From Escherichia phage JEP6, in sequence record MT764206.1: 64,000 nt of DNA. One strand, 5' to 3'. The translations under genes and the position numbers were made by a program. Under the pieces are notes generated by a model. It saw only the letters and a program-made list of their open reading frames with translations, had not been told where the DNA came from and searched no databases. Positions 33,859 to 46,603 of the stretch are shown here, piece by piece; within the stretch, counting starts at the first letter, position 1; each line of letters starts with the position of its first letter.

Positions 33859-34199
33859 TTATTTTACTACTTTCCAGTGCTGCATGTCAAGTTTACCAAC
33901 TTTTTTCATCTTCTCAATTAAGCGTTCGGCACGTTGGCGCGCTGTAACATAATACCATTCACCTAATTCATTTTGTTCAATTTTTCCAACAATTACTGTA
34001 TTCAATTCATAAATCCAACCAGTAAAGAAATTATGAACTTGAATTGTAAAGGTGAAATCTGTTCCCATACCTTCTGTTGTTTCTACTTCAATAATATCAC
34101 CTTCAACTGCCATTAAGAACCACATAGTTTCATCATATTTACCATTTTACCATTGAAGCATTTAGTTTTAACTGTAGCGTTCAAATTAATCGTTTTCAT
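33859..34199 (-). pseudogene. Small early gene disrupted by an 8-bp tandem duplication (frameshift); T4 30.7 region
   Basis: Promoter + AGGAG RBS + ATG 34199 give MKTINLNATVKTKCFNGKMVNMMKLCGS*; rest of ORF (88 aa) continues in another frame; tttaccat duplicated at 34138-34153. Confidence 0.5.
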
Positions 34200-34221
34200 T
34201 TTATTCTCCTTTGTTTGTGTA

Positions 34222-34256
34222 AGATAATACTATCACAAAGGAACCGTACTGTAAAC
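34222..34256 (-). promoter_or_regulatory. Early promoter (GTTTAC -35, TAGTAT -10) upstream of frameshifted ORF at 34199
   Basis: GTTTAC 34256-34251 (minus). Confidence 0.6.
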
Positions 34257-34285
34257 AACTTTGTGCAATCTTTGGAAAATAAAAA

Positions 34286-34305
34286 AGGACTCCCGAAGGA
34301 GTCCT
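34286..34305 (-). terminator. Terminator downstream of small basic protein gene
   Basis: AGGACTCC-CGAA-GGAGTCCT + T-run on minus strand. Confidence 0.7.
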
Positions 34306-34309
34306 CAAC

Positions 34310-34486
34310 TTATGCTTTCTGCTTACCAAAACGAGAAGCATCATCTCGAAGAACCGCACGTGCTCGGCGCATGATCTTCTCAACAGTTTGATTGATACGA
34401 GAGTTCGACCCACGCTTGTAACCAGCGCGTTTAGAATCACCAACTTTCTTTTCAACTGCTTTCTTTGCTTTAGCTTGTTTTGCCAT
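34310..34486 (-). CDS. Small basic protein (Lys/Arg-rich, about 58 aa from ATG 34486)
   Basis: MAKQAKAKKAVEKK...; terminator hairpin downstream at 34286-34305. Confidence 0.55.
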   Translation of the reverse strand: MAKQAKAKKAVEKKVGDSKRAGYKRGSNSRINQTVEKIMRRARAVLRDDASRFGKQKA

Positions 34487-34731
34487 TATAAATTCTCTTT
34501 TAAATGAAAATGCAGGACTTATTGGCATTGCCTGCGCAAGCCCTCAAGGGGAACATAGGTTTTTGGATATTTAACGACCAGGATAACCATAAACCCGTCA
34601 TCATTCACATTCAAGAGGTACACCGTAAAACTGCCGGGGTCTTAAAACTATAATGATTCGCAAATCATTAATCAGACAGTTCGACGGCTCCTCGATTTTA
34701 GCTCACACTAAGGCAGTGAATCTCCAGTAAA

Positions 34732-34980
34732 TTACTTCAGTGTTACCACAAAGTGACGAACTGCTTTTCGTGCAGCAGAAGCCAGAGGCTTAGCATATTT
34801 AAGTTCATCTTTTTCCTGAAGCTCAGCAGCTAATGCAGTTTGAGCAGGATTCAGATGTTTGAAATAACGCAGGATTTCAAGAGCTTCGGCTTCAACATCA
34901 ATAGATGCGCCATAGTTTTCGTGACCATTATTCCATGCGTTTCGTTGCAGTTCAAGAGCGTGTTGTAGTTGTTTAATCAT
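34732..34980 (-). CDS. rIII: rIII lysis inhibition accessory protein
   Basis: 82 aa, T4 rIII-like. Confidence 0.9.
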   Translation of the reverse strand: MIKQLQHALELQRNAWNNGHENYGASIDVEAEALEILRYFKHLNPAQTALAAELQEKDELKYAKPLASAARKAVRHFVVTLK

Positions 34981-35127
34981 TTAAAAATTCTCGTTAGAGA
35001 TTAAAACTCGGTAGTCACGTTCTTCTGAATTTCATCTTCTTTCGACAGATCTCTCAGTTGTAGACTACCACGTAGAATTGTTCGGTTAACTTATTATTCC
35101 GACACCCAATTCATATTATTATTTATA

Positions 35128-35463
35128 TCACTTATAAAGACACGGAATAGCTTTATAGTGACAAGTGACGAATTTTTGTTTAATTTCTTTTGGCTGCTTA
35201 AGACCCAGAGCTACAAAAGGATGCGGAACGTTTCGAATTTGACCAACTGGCAGAGAAGTCAAATCACCAACTTCGCAGAAACCTTCAGGAACATCAGGAC
35301 CAACAGAGTGAATTACACACAGTTCAGGAACTTCACCTTGAACACGTTTACCGATAATAAGTCCTGATTCTGTAACTTCTTCATCACCGGCTTGTGCAGG
35401 TTCAGAAACTAAAATAACATATTCACCTACAGCACGAATTGGTAGCTGTTGTACTTCAGACAT
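35128..35463 (-). CDS. 31: Co-chaperonin gp31 (GroES-like)
   Basis: 111 aa, T4 gp31-like. Confidence 0.93.
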   Translation of the reverse strand: MSEVQQLPIRAVGEYVILVSEPAQAGDEEVTESGLIIGKRVQGEVPELCVIHSVGPDVPEGFCEVGDLTSLPVGQIRNVPHPFVALGLKQPKEIKQKFVTCHYKAIPCLYK

Positions 35464-35519
35464 CGTTTTTCCTTTTTGTTAACAGATGAGTTAATAATAA
35501 CAAATAATTCTTAAAGCAT

Positions 35520-35828
35520 TTATTTACCAATAAATTGAAGCAAATGCTCAACTTTCATACCATTAACGGAAATCAATTTATCAATAGAAAAACCTCGCCA
35601 TGCACCGAGTTCAACATCAAATACCGGAATCATATCAGTAGATTCTTTCCGAGCACATTCAGTCAATTTACCAGTTTGCATGGTTGGCATAAAGTCCGCA
35701 TCACGAGTGCCTTTCATAGTACGAATAGTACCATCAGACTTTTCAAAAACTACGTTTGAAACCCCCATGGACAATTTAGTTTTCAAAATTTCACGAATTG
35801 CTACTTTTTGTTCAGTTGTCAGTTTCAT
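35520..35828 (-). CDS. Hypothetical protein (T4 31.1 position)
   Basis: 102-aa ORF. Confidence 0.6.
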   Translation of the reverse strand: MKLTTEQKVAIREILKTKLSMGVSNVVFEKSDGTIRTMKGTRDADFMPTMQTGKLTECARKESTDMIPVFDVELGAWRGFSIDKLISVNGMKVEHLLQFIGK

Positions 35829-36065
35829 TTATTTACCTATTACAGTTTTAATATGAGTTGTTCCACGTTCTTTAAGAGTGGAAAGCAATTTTTGGCATTT
35901 TTCTAAATCAGATTTCCAACTATACGGCCTATCAATGCAAACCCATTCTGACTTATAATACTGTTTCCATTTAGAGAAAAAATATTTCTTATACTCTACA
36001 GCAAATGAAATGTTCTCGTTAGAATAAGAACTAATTGCTGTGAGCTGTACCAAACGAAATTTCAT
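35829..36065 (-). CDS. Hypothetical protein (T4 31.2 position)
   Basis: 78-aa ORF. Confidence 0.55.
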   Translation of the reverse strand: MKFRLVQLTAISSYSNENISFAVEYKKYFFSKWKQYYKSEWVCIDRPYSWKSDLEKCQKLLSTLKERGTTHIKTVIGK

Positions 36066-36646
36066 TATTCACCACAGAATTCGTTGATATTTTCCCAGTT
36101 TAACTTATTCAAGTTTTTCTTAGGAACATTAAACACTTCAATACCCGCATTTCGCAGAATATCATCCCAGCCAGGTTTATTTTTATCGTATGTTTCGCAA
36201 TAAACCAGCTTTTTAATTCCAGATTGAGCTATTGCTTTTGCACAATCTGGGCAAGGAGAAAGTGTTACATACATAGTAGCACCTTCAATTGAAGAACCGT
36301 TTCGTGCAGCAAACAAAATCGCATTTAGTTCAGCATGAATTTCATTTTTAGACGACCATTCAGAGTGAGCACTACGATGTTCTTTCGCCAAGACAAAACG
36401 ATCAGTTGAACCAAATGATACGCATTCAGGCTTATGACCTTGAATGATAGTATGTTTAGGCTTATTCAACAACCAACCTTGCTCAGCAGCATAATCACAG
36501 CAGTTCACTCCCCCTGCGGGTGAACCATTATACCCAGTAGAAATAATACGTCCATTCTTTTCAATTACTGCTCCTACCTTCCAGGAGCAACATTTTGATT
36601 CCTGCGATACTAAATATGCAATTTGAAGTACTGTACTCGCTTTCAT
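36065..36646 (-). CDS. cd: dCMP deaminase
   Basis: 193 aa; zinc-binding HAE...PCxxC deaminase motifs. Confidence 0.93.
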   Translation of the reverse strand: MKASTVLQIAYLVSQESKCCSWKVGAVIEKNGRIISTGYNGSPAGGVNCCDYAAEQGWLLNKPKHTIIQGHKPECVSFGSTDRFVLAKEHRSAHSEWSSKNEIHAELNAILFAARNGSSIEGATMYVTLSPCPDCAKAIAQSGIKKLVYCETYDKNKPGWDDILRNAGIEVFNVPKKNLNKLNWENINEFCGE

Positions 36647-36981
36647 TTCATAATCACCAGATAAGCAGATTTAGCAGTTTCAACACGATAAATTTCGTGA
36701 CGAAGTTTAGTTATACTTTTAATAACAGAACTAATTATATTCTGCCCGTCTTTAAAGCGGTTTTTCTTATCAATAAAAACTGCGCCAGTCATCTTTTTGT
36801 GAAGCTCAACTGGATACTTCGTCACAATAATAGCATCATACACAGAAGGATGAATACTATTCACCAGAGTATCATTCATTAAAGTTATTCTAATGAACTT
36901 TGCTGTTTCAGAATCAAGCGCTCTATGATCACCAGTATCATTTTCAAGACAATTATCAATTATATCAGTTAAATTCATCAT
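36643..36981 (-). CDS. Hypothetical protein (cd.1 position)
   Basis: 112-aa ORF. Confidence 0.55.
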   Translation of the reverse strand: MMNLTDIIDNCLENDTGDHRALDSETAKFIRITLMNDTLVNSIHPSVYDAIIVTKYPVELHKKMTGAVFIDKKNRFKDGQNIISSVIKSITKLRHEIYRVETAKSAYLVIMK

Positions 36982-37214
36982 AGTACGCCATACACCCTTT
37001 GTGCTTCAACTAATCCATCAAAATCCAGTTTAAGATGCGATATTTGATCGCCATCACCTGGATTCACAATTACTAATACTGAACGAGGAGTTTCGGTAAT
37101 AACACGAACCGATGTTTCAGGAAATCGTTCAGAAACCTTATTTACTAATTCCTGTGCAAATAGTTTAACTTTTTCTTGGAATTCTTTAACAGTAATTGGT
37201 TTTTCACTTAGCAT
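36978..37214 (-). CDS. Hypothetical protein (cd.2 position)
   Basis: 78-aa ORF. Confidence 0.55.
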   Translation of the reverse strand: MLSEKPITVKEFQEKVKLFAQELVNKVSERFPETSVRVITETPRSVLVIVNPGDGDQISHLKLDFDGLVEAQRVYGVL

Positions 37215-37735
37215 GTTGATCCCAGCTCCTTACTTTCAACGTTTTTAACTAATTTGACAGAAACTAATTCAGCATCTTGAGTAATCATTACCGGACCTTC
37301 TTCATACTCTTCAAGATATTCTAGAGCTTTCTTTTTAGCTTCTTCCTTCGTATCAGTTTGAGCATAGATATAAAACATACAACCAGTAATACCTACTACT
37401 TTCCACTTAATTTCTTTATCAGCTTTAATTTCAAATTTACTGACAGAATCATCTTTTTGAACTTCTTCGAAAAAAGAATATTCTAACATATAAGCAATTG
37501 AAAATAACGGGCTATCTTTATAGGATTCGCCCATTACATCAATAGCTTTATACCAGCAGTCATCAATTTTGCGTTTAATGCTAATAACATTCTTTGCAGG
37601 GTCAATTTTTACTTTAAATGAATTTTCCCCAATAAACTGGGAAATTCGTTTATTAGCCCCGCAAGTTTCATTAAAAATATCTTTATATCCAGTTTTAAAG
37701 CGATAAACCTTATCTTCTTCAAACCATTCGCTCAT
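37208..37735 (-). CDS. Hypothetical protein (cd.3 position)
   Basis: 175-aa ORF; early promoter 37762-37795. Confidence 0.6.
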   Translation of the reverse strand: MSEWFEEDKVYRFKTGYKDIFNETCGANKRISQFIGENSFKVKIDPAKNVISIKRKIDDCWYKAIDVMGESYKDSPLFSIAYMLEYSFFEEVQKDDSVSKFEIKADKEIKWKVVGITGCMFYIYAQTDTKEEAKKKALEYLEEYEEGPVMITQDAELVSVKLVKNVESKELGSTC

Positions 37736-37761
37736 TTCAATTTCCTCATTTGTTTTGGTAG

Positions 37762-37795
37762 AGCTATAATATCACAACTCTACCGTAAAGTAAAC
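37762..37795 (-). promoter_or_regulatory. Early promoter (GTTTAC -35) upstream of ORF 37208-37735
   Basis: GTTTAC 37795-37790 (minus), TATTAT -10. Confidence 0.6.
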
Positions 37796-37797
37796 TA

Positions 37798-38103
37798 TTA
37801 AATCGCTTTGAATTCCGCAGTTTGAGATTCAAAGCGAATATCGCCTTTGATGACTAGCTCAGCATCAAGACCGAATACAACAATGATATGCGCGGAACCT
37901 GGATACAACGTGATGGCAACAGAATCCACCTGGTCTGGAAGCAAAGTATTCAATACATGAGTCACTTGAGCGTGGATTCGAAGCTCAGCTGCGTTATCAA
38001 GTTTTTCAAACATATTATTAGCGATAATTTGACTAAACACTACTTCTACGATTTTAGAGTAAGTCGGAAACATATTTACCTCACATAATTTTCTTCGAGC
38101 CAA
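37798..38103 (-). CDS. Hypothetical protein (cd.4 position)
   Basis: 101-aa ORF. Confidence 0.55.
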   Translation of the reverse strand: MARRKLCEVNMFPTYSKIVEVVFSQIIANNMFEKLDNAAELRIHAQVTHVLNTLLPDQVDSVAITLYPGSAHIIVVFGLDAELVIKGDIRFESQTAEFKAI

Positions 38104-38137
38104 TTAATAATAGTCCAAGTTTCATGGTGCCAAGCCA

Positions 38138-39345
<1,208 letters not shown>

Positions 39346-39573
39346 TTATTTTTTCTCAACCAATGATTGAATATAATCATGTAGGTCTTTAGATGCTTTA
39401 CCCCACTTATTTTGATATTCATTTTTGAGATTAGCACGTGATTGAGCTAATAAAACATCATTAGTTGGAGGTAAAGATTCTAATCGCTGAATCTGGCGTC
39501 CATAAATCATTGCAGCCATCTCGGATTCATAAATCAATCCTTTGAGATGTTCAAATTGATGCCATGAAATCAT
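39346..39573 (-). CDS. Hypothetical protein
   Basis: 75-aa ORF. Confidence 0.5.
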   Translation of the reverse strand: MISWHQFEHLKGLIYESEMAAMIYGRQIQRLESLPPTNDVLLAQSRANLKNEYQNKWGKASKDLHDYIQSLVEKK

Positions 39574-39869
39574 TTACATTTATCCTCTTTTAACTCTTGA
39601 CGATAATAACATATCATAGTTTTCTGGTCATGTACATATCGTTTTACATCATTAAGCCAAATACGAAATTCCTGAGAATCTTCAAATGGCATACCGACCC
39701 AAGCTTTACCATCGATAACTTTAACTTGCCAAGATAGTTTAGCTTCATCATATGACTTTATTTGTACAGGCCAATTAGGATGAACTGTTTCTTTCTTTAC
39801 TTCTAGAGGCTTTGTCGAACAACCAACTAGAAGACCAATAGATAATATTACTGCTGATAGTTTAATCAT
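39570..39869 (-). CDS. Putative lipoprotein (signal peptide with LVGC lipobox)
   Basis: MIKLSAVILSIGLLVGCSTK... Confidence 0.55.
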   Translation of the reverse strand: MIKLSAVILSIGLLVGCSTKPLEVKKETVHPNWPVQIKSYDEAKLSWQVKVIDGKAWVGMPFEDSQEFRIWLNDVKRYVHDQKTMICYYRQELKEDKCK

Positions 39870-40219
39870 TTAGAAAGGTCCTGGATGTCTTCTGCGAACT
39901 TGTTGAAGGAGTTGTTGATTTGTTTTTCAACCAATCCTGGCTTATGAGCCACCACATCCGCCTTCTTTGCGTCTTTGCGCAGTTTTTCATTTTCACGCTC
40001 AATAGCAGCAATTGCCTCACGATTTTTATTATTCATCGCATCAATATAATTATACTGAATTCGCAAATTATTTAATGCTAAGGCGTTTTCATTGGACGTT
40101 TTTGTAATTTCTACAACAGACGTTTCTAATCTTTCTACCTTATTTTTTAAAATAATAGATGTTCCGCCAAATGCTATTACAAGTAATAGCAATCCAGCTG
40201 TAAAATTACTTACATGCAT
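39866..40219 (-). CDS. Putative membrane protein (N-terminal TM helix, coiled coil)
   Basis: 117-aa ORF. Confidence 0.55.
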   Translation of the reverse strand: MHVSNFTAGLLLLVIAFGGTSIILKNKVERLETSVVEITKTSNENALALNNLRIQYNYIDAMNNKNREAIAAIERENEKLRKDAKKADVVAHKPGLVEKQINNSFNKFAEDIQDLSK

Positions 40220-40716
40220 AAAGTTTTAATAACCTCTACAATATCGTCTTGAGAAAGACCGTTAATTAAAATATGATGTTCAGCCGGAGATTTAGAAATT
40301 TTAAAGCATGCCTCAACATCTTCTGCCATATCCGATGCACTACGATTTGGATTACTAACCCCAAGGCGGTGTTTTCCAGTCAAAGGATTAACGATGATGT
40401 AGCATTTGCAATTATTGATATGAACATTAGGTTGAGTCTGATTAATGAACACTTCACAATCATATTTCGCAAGCTGATTTTCTAAAAAGACTTTCATCTC
40501 TTCAACCGCATCAGGAAGCATATCACGGGCTTGCTCAAGACGACGATTTCGATATTCTTTAATGGTCGTTTTCCGCTTGACTTGCTTTGCTAAATCTTTC
40601 TTAAGATCGGTGATATATCCAACTCGACGATTTCCTTTGAATACAGAAATCCCATCTGTAGTATCACCGTATGCTTCAACGACCATTTCAGTAGTAATAA
40701 GTTGTAAATCCATCAT
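40210..40716 (-). CDS. alc: Alc, inhibitor of host transcription on cytosine DNA
   Basis: 168 aa, T4 Alc-like; early promoter upstream. Confidence 0.85.
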   Translation of the reverse strand: MMDLQLITTEMVVEAYGDTTDGISVFKGNRRVGYITDLKKDLAKQVKRKTTIKEYRNRRLEQARDMLPDAVEEMKVFLENQLAKYDCEVFINQTQPNVHINNCKCYIIVNPLTGKHRLGVSNPNRSASDMAEDVEACFKISKSPAEHHILINGLSQDDIVEVIKTLCM

Positions 40717-40741
40717 AAAGTCCTCATGTTATGTCAGTAAG

Positions 40742-40774
40742 TCTACTATAACACAACACGAGGGACTTGTAAAC
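40742..40774 (-). promoter_or_regulatory. Early promoter upstream of alc (near-identical to the cassette at 26937-26990)
   Basis: GTTTAC 40774-40769, TATAGT 40750-40745 (minus). Confidence 0.7.
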
Positions 40775-40777
40775 AGC

Positions 40778-42365
<1,588 letters not shown>

Positions 42366-42373
42366 AATAAAAT

Positions 42374-42387
42374 GGGCCTTGCGGCCC
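42374..42387 (-). terminator. Hairpin between nrdB and denA
   Basis: GGGCC-TTGC-GGCCC. Confidence 0.55.
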
Positions 42388-42392
42388 ACTCC

Positions 42393-43571
42393 TTAAAAGT
42401 ATTTTTTAAAACTCATCATAACTTTATCATCAACATCATTATCAATCTGTGCAACAAGGTAAGATGACAGTTCTACTTCTTGCGGCGCGGATTGAACATT
42501 ATCAGAATTAAGGTATTCACGAATCCAAGGATATGGATGTTTAACCGGAGCATCGGTAATTGGGCATGGAAGACCACACTGTTTCATACGAGATACAGTT
42601 AAGTAATCAATAAAGCTCCACATGCTATTTGTATTTAATCCAGGAACATCACCATCTTTAAATAAATGAACCGCCCAGTCTTTTTCTTGGCGGTTAACTT
42701 CCATGAAAATATCAACTGCTTCTTGTTCACACTCTTGAGCAATTTTAACCCATTCATCACCATCAGTGCCAAGTTGAAGTTGACGAATAATATATTGGGT
42801 GCCTTTAAGGTGAAGTTGCTCATCACGAGCAATGAACTTCATAATCTTGGCATTACCTTCCATGATTTCCATGTTCTTATGGAAGTTAAAGGTACATGCG
42901 AAAGATACATAAAAACGAATAGCTTCCAATGCGTTGATTACGTGCAGGCAGAGGTAAAGAGATTTCATTAGTGCTCGTTTAGCTTCGGCTTCTTGTTTAA
43001 TAGCTCGATTTAAACGAAAAACAGCATCAGGAGATTCTTTAGCTAGTTCTGTAAATTCTTTAGCATTTTCCCATTCACGGGTTTTAGTCAGAACATCATC
43101 ATAATAGCGACCGATAGATTCAGCACGTTTCATAATATCTTCATCTAATACAATCTCATCAAATACCTTTGACGGATCAGTATAAAGATTTCGCATGATA
43201 TGGGTATATGAACGGCTGTGAATAGTTTCACTAAAAGTCCATGTAGCAACCCATGTATCAAGACTTGGGTCTGAAATTAATGACATAAGTACAGCAGATG
43301 GCGCACGACCCTGAATGCTATCTAGAAGTGATTGATACTTCAGATTATTAGTAAAAATATCTTGCTGATATTGAGGAAGCTTGTTAAATTGTGCAGCATC
43401 CATCATTAAGTTTACTTCTTCAGGACGCCAGAAAAATGATAAAGATTTCTCAATAAGTTCTTCAAATACTCTATGCCGTTGAATATCATATCGAGCTAAA
43501 CCCAATCCAGAACCAAAAAACATCGGCTCAGTCAAAATATTAACAGGGGATGTATTAAAAACTGTACTCAT
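42393..43571 (-). CDS. nrdB: Ribonucleotide reductase small subunit NrdB (uninterrupted, no intron)
   Basis: 392 aa contiguous ORF. Confidence 0.93.
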   Translation of the reverse strand: MSTVFNTSPVNILTEPMFFGSGLGLARYDIQRHRVFEELIEKSLSFFWRPEEVNLMMDAAQFNKLPQYQQDIFTNNLKYQSLLDSIQGRAPSAVLMSLISDPSLDTWVATWTFSETIHSRSYTHIMRNLYTDPSKVFDEIVLDEDIMKRAESIGRYYDDVLTKTREWENAKEFTELAKESPDAVFRLNRAIKQEAEAKRALMKSLYLCLHVINALEAIRFYVSFACTFNFHKNMEIMEGNAKIMKFIARDEQLHLKGTQYIIRQLQLGTDGDEWVKIAQECEQEAVDIFMEVNRQEKDWAVHLFKDGDVPGLNTNSMWSFIDYLTVSRMKQCGLPCPITDAPVKHPYPWIREYLNSDNVQSAPQEVELSSYLVAQIDNDVDDKVMMSFKKYF

Positions 43572-44209
43572 TTAGAATCCTTAAATTTACATTTATCATA
43601 ATGCCATCTTAGAGCATTGCCTTTATTAACTTTCTTGCCACAATGCGGACAAGGCGGATACTCTATACTTTGCTTAGTTCTCAAAGAAATCAAATCACGA
43701 GTTTCTTTAGTATGAGGAACATCTCTTGTCGGAGAGATTGTACCATACATTGGATTAAGCACGCCGACTTTAGCAGCAGCTATATTCTTTTTAGCTTCTT
43801 CGGTTTTAGGTTTTCTCATGCGAGCTAAATGCTCTTTGGTAAATTTCCTTCCTTTAAGAGCTCTACTTATCTTTTCCCTGGTTTCTATAGAAACTTCACG
43901 TCCTATAGCAGCTTCAGATAAACGTCGTCTACCTAATTCGTATAGTTGAGAAGAAATTTTATATGAGCGATTTTTACCAGTCAAGCACATTAAACCAAAA
44001 GCTTTCTTTAATCCTGGGGTGTCATATATTTTGCATAAAAGCCAATGAGCTATAAAATGCTCTCTACCTGTTAATTCAACTAAATTTTCTTTATCATCAG
44101 AACCTCCCATGCATCTAGGGATTATATGATGAGTCTCTTTATATCCTAATAAAGGTTCCCGAGCCTGAGCTCGGGAAATTAGGTCGTTATAGATTTTTTG
44201 ATAATTCAT
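43568..44209 (-). CDS. mobE: Free-standing HNH homing endonuclease (MobE-like) between nrdA and nrdB
   Basis: HNH motif HHIIPRCMGGSDDKENLVELTGREHFIAHW; repeated ETRxKIS-type modules; C-terminal CPHCG zinc finger. Confidence 0.85.
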   Translation of the reverse strand: MNYQKIYNDLISRAQAREPLLGYKETHHIIPRCMGGSDDKENLVELTGREHFIAHWLLCKIYDTPGLKKAFGLMCLTGKNRSYKISSQLYELGRRRLSEAAIGREVSIETREKISRALKGRKFTKEHLARMRKPKTEEAKKNIAAAKVGVLNPMYGTISPTRDVPHTKETRDLISLRTKQSIEYPPCPHCGKKVNKGNALRWHYDKCKFKDSK

Positions 44210-46473
44210 TACAATTTACACGCTGCACAATCGTCGGCTTTTGGAGTTTCTATTTCATAATCATCAGTACCGGAACCATCGCGGGTATTATGATAATAGA
44301 AATTTTTAATGCCATAATACCATCCGTATAGCATATCATCAATCATTATTGACATTGGAACCTTTCCTTTTGGAAAAATCTGCGGGTCATAATATGTATT
44401 TGCTGAAGCTGATTGACATACCCATTTAAGCATAATAGCTACTTGCGTAAGATAAGGTTTATTACCTTTCTTAGCTAATTTCCACGTATAATCATAGAGG
44501 TCTATGTTATGCTCAATATTGGGCACGACTTGATTAAAGGAACCCTCTTTTGATTCTTTAACAGAGACTGGTCCACGTGGAGGCTCGATACCGTTTGTAC
44601 TGTTAGAAACTTGGGAAGATGACTCACATGGCATAAGTGCTGATAATGTGCTATTACGGATGCCAAAGAGCTTAAGGTCTTCCCGCAGCGACGACCAGTC
44701 ACAAACGTATTTTGGAGCTGCGATTTGGTCAATCTTTTTATTGTACCAGTCGATAGGTAATTCGCCTCGAGACCAACGAGTGTCTGAATAATATTCGCAA
44801 GGTCCTTTTTCTTTGGCGAGCTTAATGGATGCTTTAATGAGTCCATACTGTAGTCTCTCAAATAGTTCATGTGTTAAATCGTTAGCATCTTCATAAGAAG
44901 CAAAGTTACTTGCCAGCCAAGCTGCATAGTTGGTAACACCTACACCGAGGTTACGACGCTTTTTAGCTTTTTCTGCTTCAGGAACTGGATATCCTTGGTA
45001 GTCCAAAAGATTATCAAGAGCGCGAACTTGAACTTCTGCTAATTCATTGATTTTATCTTGGTCTTGCCAATCGAAGTTATCCAACACAAATGCGCTAAGG
45101 GTACACAATCCAATTTCAGCATCAGGGCTATTCACATCATTTGTTGGAATAGCAATTTCACAGCACAAGTTACTCTGACGAATAGGTGCCTTTTCACGAA
45201 TAAACGGAGTATAGTTATTCGTATTATCAATGAACTGTACATAAATCCTTGCTGTCCCTGAACGTTCAGTCATGAGCAATTCAAATAGTTCACGGGCTTT
45301 AATACGCTTTTTACGAATATTAGGGTCTTTTTCTGCTGCTTCGTATAATTCACGGAAACGGTCTTGGTCTTTAAAATAAGAATAATAAAGCTCGCCACCC
45401 ATTTCGTGTGGACTGAACAAAGTAATGTAGTCGTTCTTTCCAAAACGTTCCATCATCAAATCATTCAGTTGAACGCCATAATCCATATGACGGATACGGT
45501 TTTCTTCTACGCCTTTGTTATTTTTCAAAACGAGAAGATTTTCAACTTCCAAATGCCAAATAGGATAATAAGCAGTAGCAGCGCCGCCACGAATTCCACC
45601 CTGTGAGCATGATTTAACAGCAGTCTGAAAATGTTTCCAAAAAGGAATAACACCAGTATGGCGTACTTCACCCATGCCAATCTTAGAACCTTCGGCACGA
45701 ATCATACCAACGTTAATACCAATTCCAGCGCGTTTAGAGATATATTCAACAATTGAAGCGGAAGCCTTATTGATAGACTTCAGCGAATCACCTGCTTCAA
45801 TAACAACGCATGAACTAAACTGTCGAGTTGGAGTACGACATCCAGCCATAATAGGAGTTGGCAATGAAATCTGTCGAGTGGATACTGCTTCATAAAAACG
45901 GATAACATGTTTTAATCTATCAACAGGTTCATCTTGATGCAGTGCCATTCCAATAGTCATAAATGCAAACTGCGGAGTTTCATAAATTTGACCAGTGGTT
46001 TTATCTTTAACTAGATATTTTTCTTTTAATTGCATCGCCCCGGAATAAGTAAATTCCATATCCCGCTCGTGCTTAATTTTTGATTCTAAAAATGTAATTT
46101 CTTCTGCTGAATATTTTGACAACAATTCAGGGTCATATTTACCTTCATTTACACAATAAGAAATATGGTCAATAAATGAACGTGGTTCATACTGCCCATA
46201 AACATGCTTACGAAGAGCGAACATTAAACAGCGAGCGGCTACATATTGGTAATCAGGCTCTTCAACCGAAATAGAATTCGCAGCAGCCTTAATGACAATA
46301 GTCTGAATATCATCAGTTGTCATTCCATCACGGAGATAAGATTTAATATTTTCATATAATTCATAAGGATCTACTGATGTTCCTTCAGCTGCCCAAGATA
46401 AAACTTTAATAATTTTTTGCGGGTCAAAGCTCTGAGAAACACCACTACTTTTGATAACATTAATTAATTGCAT
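44209..46473 (-). CDS. nrdA: Ribonucleotide reductase large subunit NrdA
   Basis: 754 aa; ATP-cone and catalytic Cys motifs. Confidence 0.95.
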   Translation of the reverse strand: MQLINVIKSSGVSQSFDPQKIIKVLSWAAEGTSVDPYELYENIKSYLRDGMTTDDIQTIVIKAAANSISVEEPDYQYVAARCLMFALRKHVYGQYEPRSFIDHISYCVNEGKYDPELLSKYSAEEITFLESKIKHERDMEFTYSGAMQLKEKYLVKDKTTGQIYETPQFAFMTIGMALHQDEPVDRLKHVIRFYEAVSTRQISLPTPIMAGCRTPTRQFSSCVVIEAGDSLKSINKASASIVEYISKRAGIGINVGMIRAEGSKIGMGEVRHTGVIPFWKHFQTAVKSCSQGGIRGGAATAYYPIWHLEVENLLVLKNNKGVEENRIRHMDYGVQLNDLMMERFGKNDYITLFSPHEMGGELYYSYFKDQDRFRELYEAAEKDPNIRKKRIKARELFELLMTERSGTARIYVQFIDNTNNYTPFIREKAPIRQSNLCCEIAIPTNDVNSPDAEIGLCTLSAFVLDNFDWQDQDKINELAEVQVRALDNLLDYQGYPVPEAEKAKKRRNLGVGVTNYAAWLASNFASYEDANDLTHELFERLQYGLIKASIKLAKEKGPCEYYSDTRWSRGELPIDWYNKKIDQIAAPKYVCDWSSLREDLKLFGIRNSTLSALMPCESSSQVSNSTNGIEPPRGPVSVKESKEGSFNQVVPNIEHNIDLYDYTWKLAKKGNKPYLTQVAIMLKWVCQSASANTYYDPQIFPKGKVPMSIMIDDMLYGWYYGIKNFYYHNTRDGSGTDDYEIETPKADDCAACKL

Positions 46474-46603
46474 AAGTCCTCAACTTGAAAATCGTCTTTA
46501 AACAATCGGTTAACTATATGAGCTATTATATCACCATGACACGGCTTTGGTTTACATGTGCATCCTAGCCTCATTCCACGTAAAGGCTCTAAATGTGCTT
46601 TAG

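Noticed and set aside
34529-34731. 200-bp non-coding gap between rIII and the small basic-protein gene as a possible structured RNA
   Set aside because: Contains short hairpins but no convincing conserved structure or promoter/terminator pair that I can support by eye; most likely a 5' leader/intercistronic region
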